A DNA stretch of 27,389 nucleotides from the IMG/VR virus record IMGVR_UViG_3300035492_000047, positions 1 to 27,389 of that record; one strand, 5' to 3'. A program made the position numbers and the translations under genes. The DNA comes from a virus. Taxonomy: Duplodnaviria > Caudoviricetes. This document shows, in pieces, positions 17,402-25,800 of the stretch (its first letter is position 1; every line of letters begins with the position of its first letter). The notes beneath the pieces are model-generated. The model was not told the origin of the DNA and searched no databases. It saw only the letters and a list, made by a program, of their open reading frames with translations.

Positions 17402-17773
17402 ATGTTTTCTGATGTAGACAAATCACTAAAAATAGATAATAAAGGAAACGTGGTCGTTTTAAAAGACGAAGCTGCAATCCGTCAAGCAATTGAGCTTAAT
17501 ATTGCAGCTCTACGAGGTGAGTATGTTCGTTCTTTAAGAGGATCAGATCTTCTTAGATTCGTTGGTAGACCATTTACAGACTCAAACTCTGTCTTACTAC
17601 GTCAGGAAATTGAAAACATCATTGCAAATATTGATGACAGAATCACTAACTACTATGTAGCAGTCAATCCTAATGTTGATGCAGGTACATATGACATCTC
17701 TATCCAGATTGAAGTTACATTTAGACAGACTCCATTTACAATTAACACAAGAATTAGAAATACATCAGCGTAA
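17402..17773 (+). CDS. gp25: Baseplate wedge/sheath initiator (gp25-like)
   Basis: DEAAIRQAIE...RGE...GSDL...DDRI pattern, 123 aa, located before gp6. Confidence 0.85.
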   Translation: MFSDVDKSLKIDNKGNVVVLKDEAAIRQAIELNIAALRGEYVRSLRGSDLLRFVGRPFTDSNSVLLRQEIENIIANIDDRITNYYVAVNPNVDAGTYDISIQIEVTFRQTPFTINTRIRNTSA

Positions 17774-17784
17774 GGGCATTAAAC

Positions 17785-20256
17785 ATGGTTGATTTTACAC
17801 GTTACGAATACCAAGACTTAGTAGACAGGATGACAGAGAAACTCCGCAACGCTGACGGGTGGGGAGATGGTTATGATTCTTCCATGGGGCAAGTATTAAT
17901 CCAGTTGGTTGCTGATACAACTGACCAACTTCATTACATGCTTGAGCGTAGGACTACTGAGTCTTATATGTACACTGCTAGAACACGGTCTGCTGTCATT
18001 GCTAAAGCATCTGAACGTGGATATCATTATAAACGTTCTCTTGGTAATAGAGGAACTATCACGTTCACCATCAATGAACCCGCATTTGCAAACATCATCA
18101 TCCCTCAGTTTACTGTGTTTACGTATGATGGGTTAAGTTATATATCAACTGAACAGACATTTGTTGCCACTGGTACTACTTCTGTTGAAATCCCAGTTGT
18201 ACAGGGTACGTTAGTAGAAACCATTATCCAACAAGCAGATTTAGATGCCAATGGAGATTATTTGATTGAATCTGGTTACGATCAGATTGATGATCTGGCT
18301 ATCGTGTTGACTTCTGACGGATTTGAACTTTCTCCGGTATGGAGAACGACCAAACGCGCAATGTCATTCTTAACACCTACTGATAATTTTTATGATGTTC
18401 GATACGGATTTGATGGTATGAGAATCATCTTTGGTGATGGTGAGTTTGGACGTTTACCATTGGGTGATATTGATCTTACTTATGTAATGATTGATGAGAA
18501 TGCTCAACCATTGAATACACTTGGTAATGAGTTTACATTTGAATTTGAAGTGTTGGATGTGAATGGTGTAGAATACACCGCATCAGTAATAAACACAACC
18601 AGAATTCATAATGGTTCTGGTCCAGAAGATATCGACTCGATCCGTACCAATGCAGCAATAGAACATAACTCATCTGCTAGGGCTGTATCAAAAGAAGACT
18701 CAATATATTGGATCTTGCAGTCTGGTATTGGTAACATCGTAGACGTCAACGTGACAGGTGAATCAGAAGCCAATACCTATGCATATAACACTAACAACGT
18801 CTATGTTAGTTATGCAAACAGTGGGAATACTGAGCTTACGCCTACACAGAAAACAGAATTGCGTGATTATCTAGCAACACTATCAATTGCAAATCCACAC
18901 TACGTTTTACAAAAAGCCAATGAAATCTTATTGGCAGTTGGTCTATCAGTAAAGAAAGATAAATTACTGGATATTAGTACAGCAGATTATTATCAGATCT
19001 TAAAACAGTTCTTAGAGGGTTACTTCTCAATAAAACGTGGTGCAATCGGTGCACGATATGAGCACTCTGATTTAATCAGAGACCTATACCAGTTAGAGAT
19101 AACCAGAAACAACATCAACTATAAACTTGTGGATTTCTTACGTCTGGATATTGATCTGCTTCTACCTATCTCAATTCCGTTAAACAATACCGAGGTGTTG
19201 GTTAAGTTGGCAGGCGACACTCCTAAAGTTAATGGTAATGTTTTTGGATTAAGATTAAACGGAATAGTCTTTACAGTACCAATCAATTCAAGTGATACAA
19301 ACTTAGACCTTCTTTACAGAATGCGAGATCATATTTTTGCAACATCTTCATATTTGGCTGAGGTTGTGATTGGTGATAATACTGGTACATATCAGGAGCC
19401 ATATAACAATACAGTAGGTGGTGGTTTGATTGTTGGTGTGAATGTACCAATGAATGAAAACGATAAGATGATGGGTAATTTTGTTGTAGGCAGCAATATC
19501 GGTACAGTATTAATCGACTCTCCTGCATATAACTTACAACACGTTTATGAGGTTGGTTTTGAGAACACAGCAGGCAGACGTCCTATTATTCCTCTTGCTG
19601 TTGGGACTACCGTCTCATTCACAGCTCCATTAGATACAAACGTCAGAGTATTTGTTAGAACTAACCTGAATGACCCAAACACTGAGACATTATATTTCAC
19701 TGTGACAAACGGTTCAACATTCACTGACACATTTGACAATTATCATTCCATTCAACTTGAGTATGTTCAAACATCAAACAATAACATGACTGTTTCTTTC
19801 AACTACCCGTTGGTTGATAGTGCTGCAAACACCGGATTAAGAATTTATACAAGAGATGGTTATGGAACGTTTACAGCAACACAGGATGCTGGTGACATCT
19901 CATTCTATACAACTATTCTAAAAAATAGAAAAGTTCCTGTTATACCATCCGGTGAATTTACGATTTTACCTGAGAGTTTAACTATTGTTGATGAGAACAA
20001 TAACGTACTATATAGGTCAACACGAGCCGGTACATTAATCTCATCAGTTAATCTTCCAAGTCTTGATGGTCGGGTTAATTTTAGAACTGGTGTGGTTACT
20101 GTTCCATCTGAATTAGCTGATGGAAATTATTATATCAAATTTAAACAAGATAAGTATCAGAATGTTCAATTAAATCAACAGACTATTGCAAAAATTACGC
20201 CAATATCTGAAAGTATCAGTCTACCGAACCCATTCAGTTATATTGAGGTGGTTTGA
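17785..20256 (+). CDS. gp6: Baseplate wedge protein (gp6 / baseplate J-like) with an extended C-terminal half
   Basis: ESYMYTARTRSAVIAKA..RGY, IIFGDGEFGRLP, GSGPEDIDSIR...RAVSKED. Confidence 0.9.
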   Translation: MVDFTRYEYQDLVDRMTEKLRNADGWGDGYDSSMGQVLIQLVADTTDQLHYMLERRTTESYMYTARTRSAVIAKASERGYHYKRSLGNRGTITFTINEPAFANIIIPQFTVFTYDGLSYISTEQTFVATGTTSVEIPVVQGTLVETIIQQADLDANGDYLIESGYDQIDDLAIVLTSDGFELSPVWRTTKRAMSFLTPTDNFYDVRYGFDGMRIIFGDGEFGRLPLGDIDLTYVMIDENAQPLNTLGNEFTFEFEVLDVNGVEYTASVINTTRIHNGSGPEDIDSIRTNAAIEHNSSARAVSKEDSIYWILQSGIGNIVDVNVTGESEANTYAYNTNNVYVSYANSGNTELTPTQKTELRDYLATLSIANPHYVLQKANEILLAVGLSVKKDKLLDISTADYYQILKQFLEGYFSIKRGAIGARYEHSDLIRDLYQLEITRNNINYKLVDFLRLDIDLLLPISIPLNNTEVLVKLAGDTPKVNGNVFGLRLNGIVFTVPINSSDTNLDLLYRMRDHIFATSSYLAEVVIGDNTGTYQEPYNNTVGGGLIVGVNVPMNENDKMMGNFVVGSNIGTVLIDSPAYNLQHVYEVGFENTAGRRPIIPLAVGTTVSFTAPLDTNVRVFVRTNLNDPNTETLYFTVTNGSTFTDTFDNYHSIQLEYVQTSNNNMTVSFNYPLVDSAANTGLRIYTRDGYGTFTATQDAGDISFYTTILKNRKVPVIPSGEFTILPESLTIVDENNNVLYRSTRAGTLISSVNLPSLDGRVNFRTGVVTVPSELADGNYYIKFKQDKYQNVQLNQQTIAKITPISESISLPNPFSYIEVV

Positions 20257-20258
20257 TT

Positions 20259-21050
20259 ATGAGTATCAAAGATAATTTGATTAAATCCAAGATACCTGAT
20301 TTTATGAAAAGCTACCCTGAGTTGGTAGCTTATATAGAGTCAATGGGTAGCTTCATGGATGATACAAAAACATACATTGAGCATTTTAAGTATCATGCAG
20401 ACTATAAAAATGGTACTGATTTCAACATTGCCAATACACTAAGAAGTGAGGGTTTTGAACTTCCAGCAAACAGTGAGCAAATACCCCGTATCATTCTGCG
20501 AGACCTGATGCATAACCTTGTCAGAAAAGGTACAGTCGATTCTATTGTATGGGCATTGCGAGTTCTAGGAATCACGTTCGAGATCTATCAAATGTGGCTA
20601 CCAAACCCGATAGAACTTCAGAAAGGATTTTATAAGCATTTTGATACTGGTGTGGAGACTCGATATAACGAAACTCCAAACTCATATAAAGACTATTTGT
20701 ATGGTGAGACCTATGTAGATGAAAATGGTCTGACATATTTTCATGGCAGTGATTATGTGTGGTTGGGATTATCTCCAGAAGAACGAGATGAATACGTATC
20801 AGAGGGCTATGTTGTTATTGGATACGTTGAAGGCCAGAACGACCCATTTCAGTTCAAAGGTATCCCGATTTATGGTGAATATTACCCAACAATCCAAGAA
20901 GAAGAAAATAGAGTCTCATCTACTCCACACTTCTTACTAAGAATAACTTATCCAGCGACACCATCAGATCTAACTCAGTTTTTGATTGATTCTCTGACTC
21001 TGGATAAAAATAGACCATTAAACACAAGATTGATTGTAGAAGTCATCTAA
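20259..21050 (+). CDS. Baseplate wedge protein (gp7 / P2 gpI-like)
   Basis: IPDFMKSYPELVAYIE and RKGTVDSIVWALRVLG; follows gp6. ATG 20259 has a GAGGTG RBS. Confidence 0.65.
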   Translation: MSIKDNLIKSKIPDFMKSYPELVAYIESMGSFMDDTKTYIEHFKYHADYKNGTDFNIANTLRSEGFELPANSEQIPRIILRDLMHNLVRKGTVDSIVWALRVLGITFEIYQMWLPNPIELQKGFYKHFDTGVETRYNETPNSYKDYLYGETYVDENGLTYFHGSDYVWLGLSPEERDEYVSEGYVVIGYVEGQNDPFQFKGIPIYGEYYPTIQEEENRVSSTPHFLLRITYPATPSDLTQFLIDSLTLDKNRPLNTRLIVEVI

Positions 21051-21074
21051 ATAAGAATATTAGGAGAACAATAA

Positions 21075-21599
21075 ATGTCAGTAATCAACGTAGGTTCAGT
21101 ATCATTCATTCAAAATGGTGAACCGGTAAGCGCAACAGTACTTAACAGAGCATTGAATCAAGTCATCACACAAATCAATGCATATAATTTTGGTGGAAGT
21201 TACTCTGCTGGTACAGGCATCAGTATCTCAGGGACAACTATTTCAGTTGATGGTACAGTACTCAGAACAATAGGAAATTTCTCAGTATCTGGAACATGGA
21301 ACTTCTCATCTGTTGTTACAGCAGTAGGATTCACCACATCATCAGATAAGCGTCTGAAAGACTCTATAACGCCTTATCAGCACAATGTAGGTGAAGATGT
21401 CATTAAGCTAAAACAATGGATTTGGAGTGATTCTGAGGCTGTTCCTGAGCAGCTTAGAGGCAAACAAGACTCAGGTGTTATTGCTGATGAAGTTGAAGCA
21501 GTATTCCCCTCATGTGTTTATGTGAGAGATGATGGGTTTAAGACTGTTGATTACGGTAAGTTGGCAGTGCACTTGATTCTATCTCAAAAAGGAGAATAA
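21075..21599 (+). CDS. Short fibre protein with C-terminal intramolecular chaperone (peptidase S74)
   Basis: SSDKRLKDSI...GVIADEVEAVFP...DGFKTVDYGKL. Preceded by TCTAAATA (21046-21053) and AGGAG. Confidence 0.85.
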   Translation: MSVINVGSVSFIQNGEPVSATVLNRALNQVITQINAYNFGGSYSAGTGISISGTTISVDGTVLRTIGNFSVSGTWNFSSVVTAVGFTTSSDKRLKDSITPYQHNVGEDVIKLKQWIWSDSEAVPEQLRGKQDSGVIADEVEAVFPSCVYVRDDGFKTVDYGKLAVHLILSQKGE

Positions 21600-21600
21600 T

Positions 21601-22311
21601 ATGCCTAGTGGATTTACTGTCCAAGGGACAGATCTAGACAATATCTTTGAGCCTAGACAATCTGGCGATCCAACAGTAAACGCCACAGGGTTTGTATCGG
21701 GTGATAATGGATTGGATCTTAATCAGCGTTATCTTCCAATAACGGAAGGAGAACAAATTACCAGCAACACGGGATTCTCTAATCCTATTGGTTCTGATTT
21801 CAGACTGGTATTTGCCGCATTAGGCTCAGCTAACTCAGTACCGTTTACCGGTGTAAGTACACTTCAGACAGTAACCATCGCCACCAATCAAGTTGGTGAA
21901 CAGGTAGTCTCTATTGCATCTATTCAATTTAATACGAATGGAACAACCGGTCAAGTTGAAACTTCCTCTAGGAATAGTGGAACTGTTGATAATAATGTGA
22001 CAAATGCAATCTGGGTTAAAGATGCCCCAGAGGTTGGTATTGGTAGTGAATATGAGATTTCTGTTGACTCTACTGGTTTAAACATCACTACTGGTATTAA
22101 CCCAGTTACCATATTCAACCCATCTCCTGCTCCAGCATACACAGCACTTTCTTCTTCAGCATTCTTCTCAATAACTTGTGAAGCTACTGGGGGGAATGGT
22201 GGGAATGAAGCTATTGTAGAAGGACCGGTTGTTTTCAACATAAGAAAGATCGGAACAACCAAGGTTTATACAAAGACAATTATATATAATGTGTCAGCAA
22301 TACCAATTTAA
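21601..22311 (+). CDS. Putative fibre-associated/tip protein
   Basis: 236 aa rich in T/S/G/N, beta-type composition; GGAG RBS; directly follows the S74 gene. Confidence 0.6.
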   Translation: MPSGFTVQGTDLDNIFEPRQSGDPTVNATGFVSGDNGLDLNQRYLPITEGEQITSNTGFSNPIGSDFRLVFAALGSANSVPFTGVSTLQTVTIATNQVGEQVVSIASIQFNTNGTTGQVETSSRNSGTVDNNVTNAIWVKDAPEVGIGSEYEISVDSTGLNITTGINPVTIFNPSPAPAYTALSSSAFFSITCEATGGNGGNEAIVEGPVVFNIRKIGTTKVYTKTIIYNVSAIPI

Positions 22312-22318
22312 TAGTTTT

Positions 22319-22326
22319 TATAAATA
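22319..22326 (+). promoter_or_regulatory. T4-type late promoter
   Basis: Exact intergenic TATAAATA; GAGGA RBS at 22346-22350. Confidence 0.85.
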
Positions 22327-22358
22327 GATTAAAAAATAACCTAAAGAGGAAAATAAAA

Positions 22359-22727
22359 ATGGCTTTAACAATTTTAACACGCTCAGTTTTGGGCAAAGAC
22401 GTAGACTTCGTTCAGATTGCTGGTACTGATGTAATCCCAGTAAACAGTTTATCTCCATCAGACTATGCAACATTTTAAGCAATTGAAGAAACTGCATCTG
22501 ATGCTGTACCAGTTCAAACTGTTGCAGAAGCTATGGAGACATTTGTTCTGAAAAATGGTCGGACTGCTGCTGAGATTTTTGGTAACTTCGTTGTTGATAT
22601 TGACGACTATGTTGCTAAGTTAGAACGTGCTCAAGTATCTGGTAACATCTACAATGTGGTTGCTGGTTTGGTTGATGATGTACAAGCATTGGATGGCCGT
22701 GTGACTGCTCTTGAGTCTGCACCTTAA
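22359..22727 (+). pseudogene. Small late gene interrupted by an in-frame TAA at 22476-22478 (nonsense allele, sequencing error or readthrough)
   Basis: ATG 22359 with a strong RBS gives MALTILTRSVLGKDVDFVQ...DYATF*AIEETASD..., continuing in frame into the listed ORF 22533-22727. Confidence 0.75.
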
Positions 22728-22749
22728 TAAATCTGACTGGTTTATAATT

Positions 22750-22775
22750 AAAGGAGTCTTATATGGCTCCTTTTT
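22750..22775 (+). terminator. Rho-independent terminator
   Basis: AAAGGAGTC-TTATAT-GGCTCCTTT followed by TT. Confidence 0.75.
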
Positions 22776-22779
22776 CATT

Positions 22780-22801
22780 TGTAAATATACTCAGTATATT
22801 T
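22780..22801 (+). promoter_or_regulatory. Late promoter variant overlapped by a palindrome
   Basis: TGTAAATA at 22780-22787; AAATATACT-C-AGTATATTT at 22783-22801. Confidence 0.65.
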
Positions 22802-22819
22802 TAAAAGGAAGTGTCTTCT

Positions 22820-25800
22820 ATGGTTGTTTATGATCCTATTTTAAGAAAAGAATTATCTCGTGAGTTAAGTTGGGATGAACTTGATAGTAACTTTGAGAAT
22901 GTTATTCTTAAATTTTCTGATATAGATGGCACAATCACTGATCTGGCAGAAACGGTTGATGAGAATTTTGTTTTTCTGGATAATAAAATCACCAATGGAT
23001 TACAGAAAGCACAATTAGATTTGGAAGATGCTTTAGTAATAATCGACTCCGAAATCCAAGATGCTAAGAATATTGCAGCACAAGCATTACAAGATGCTGA
23101 GCAACGAATCGACCAAGCTGTTTCTGAGCTACAACAAAACACATTAGATTCGTTCCAGACTGTCAATGATTCTATCAACATCCTCGATCAAACCATAGAA
23201 GGTTATAAAGACGATTTTGAAAATGAAGTCGAAGTAATTAGGGGTGAGATCGACTCTCGTGTATCAGAAACTCAACAAGAATTAGAACGAGTAAGAGAAT
23301 CACTTAAACTTGACATCAATACTGAGATGCTGAGTAGAAAAGAAAGTGATAAACTTCTTTTCGAGACCACCGCACTTGCTGTTCAGTTACGTCAAAATCA
23401 ATCTGACATCACCAATGCTATTTTTGAAGTAGACCCCGCAACAGGTACTATTCGTAACCTTGCTTACGCTTATACAGACAGCCAATTCACTCAGGCTGGA
23501 TTATTGATTGATGGTGTTAATGCTGAAATTCAATTACAGGCTCAACGAGTCACATCAGCAGAGGATAGAATTTCTAATGCTGAATCTGAGTTATTGTTGC
23601 AAGCAGGCCAAATTGGTTTAAGAGCAACTTATACAGAAGTAAACCAAGCTATTGCTGGTGCTATTGATGCGGTACTACCTGCTTACTCATTTGGTTTCTT
23701 TAACTCAAATGAGGGTTGGGTTGCAGTCAATGGTACATTGACACCTGCTACATCTAAAATCAATTTAACTTGGGGCGATATAGAAAACACCAGTTTGTCT
23801 TATGTTGCTGACGAAAACCCTATTATATCAATCTCGATTGAGCGCACTGGTGGTACTGGTTGGGTAGGTGATTTAATTGTTACATTTGAAGGTGGTGCAA
23901 CTCAAACATACACAGGTGTAATTCAGGATATTGCAGCAGGCACGACATTCGTACGGGTACTAAACCTAGATGGCGAATCTACTTATACAGGCAATGTAAC
24001 AGGCATTCGCTTGGTTTTAGGTGCATCAGTAGCCGATACATTCACAATCAACTCAATCACTATTGGTAAACCATCCGCTGCTCTTACAGAGCTTGAAGGT
24101 ATTACTGCACAGATTAACCAAGTTGGTATTGATTTAAACGCACTAGAAGCCAGTTTAACAAGTTATGTAACTGTAGATACTTACACAGCTGAAGCTGTCA
24201 CTCGTAGCAACGTAGAGACAGTTTTAAACGGTATTGATAGTTACGCTGCTATTACAGCTACACTGCAAGAGTTCGATACAAACGATACATTAACTAAAGC
24301 CAACTATGCGGCTCAATGGGTAGATGCTGCTAACGCTAATATCCGGTCAGAAGTACAAGCGTATAAAACAGAAGAAATTGATCCAGAATTAAATACAATT
24401 AGAGGCGATTTAACTACTGCTTCTAGTTTGATTGATGCTGCTAACGGCAAAATATCAAATCAGATTATCTCAATTTCTGGTATTGAGTCCGACTCAAAAG
24501 ATTTAGCCAAGATTGCATTACAGGCTGAGTATCAGTTATATCTATCCAAGAAAAATCAACTTGAACAAGGTGTAGCGATTGCTATTGCTAAAAACGAGTT
24601 GAATACAATCTCTAACGAACAGTTAGCACTAGCGGAAGAAATACTTTTATTAGAAGCCAAGTTTGGTACAGATGTCGGTCAAGTCAATGCAACGTTGTTT
24701 GAACTTAACCAAGCCATTGCTGATGAGAATGAGGCTCGTGTTCAAGCATTACAATTATTAGAAGCAGATTTTAATCAAACAATTAACGCATCTGCTGATG
24801 TTATATTAGATGTGGTTAGTAATGCTGAGCAATCTTTAGCTCAACAGATATTAAATTTACAAACCGAATTTGGTGAGGAAATATCTACCAATGTTCAACA
24901 ACTGCTGCAAGCTATTTCTGATGAAGAACAAGCCAGAATAAGCCAGTTTAATTTATTGGAAGCTAATTTCAATGACGAAATTCAAGCAACTAGAACGGAT
25001 TTAACTACTTTAGTTGCTAATGAAACTGGTGCTATTGCACAGACTGTTACTGAATTAACTGCTGAAGTTAATGGTAATTATGCCACCAAGTTTGAAGTGA
25101 CTGATGCGGTTGCTACAGAAACACAAGCTAGACTGACTCAAGCAAGCCAATTAGAAGCAAGTTTCAATCAGAACATCAACACAACAAGAGGTGAGCTAGT
25201 CGATTTGGTTGCTGATGAAGAATCTGCACGTATCTCTGCTATTCAAAATTTAACTGCTGAGTTCAATACCACATACGCCACCAAAACTGAAGTAACAAAC
25301 ATTGTTGCTGACGAATCTCAAGCCCGTGTTGAGGACATCAATAACCTTTTTGTTGAAATAGAAAATAACTTTGCAACTATAAATGACCTCAACGAAGTTA
25401 GTGTAACAGTAGAAGAATCAAAAGCTGTTTCACAAAAGTCATTAGTATCTATCTATGGTCTGGAAGAAAAAACCAAAGAAACAGGTGTTGAGCAGCTATT
25501 AGAAAGCTATAGATTATACTTGGCTGAAAAAGGTCAATTAGAGTTAGGGGTATCTATTGCCAGAGCTGAGACAGCACTAACAACCGTAACAAACGCCCAA
25601 CTATCACAGGCAGAGCAACTAACTGTTCTTGATGCTAAGTTAGGTACATTATCTGGTACAGTATCAGCAAATTATACTGAACTTAATCAGGTTATTGCTG
25701 ATGAAACTGAGGCTCGTGGATTAGCTATAACCAGCCTACAGACGAATATAAATGGTCAAATTAGCGCACAAAATCAGATAATTCAAACGGTAAGACAAGA

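Noticed and set aside
5580-21050. Bacterial tailocin, eCIS or T6SS locus
   Set aside because: Linked gp55/gp47/gp46 genes and T4-type late promoters indicate a phage genome.
22476-22478. Genome-wide stop codon reassignment
   Set aside because: TAA terminates many genes in the window at the expected positions.
5802-23181. Short antisense or out-of-frame ORFs inside the structural genes (e.g. 11051-11437, 14413-14868, 15401-15778, 22828-23181)
   Set aside because: Fully overlap strong genes, lack RBS or motifs, and are expected from codon bias.
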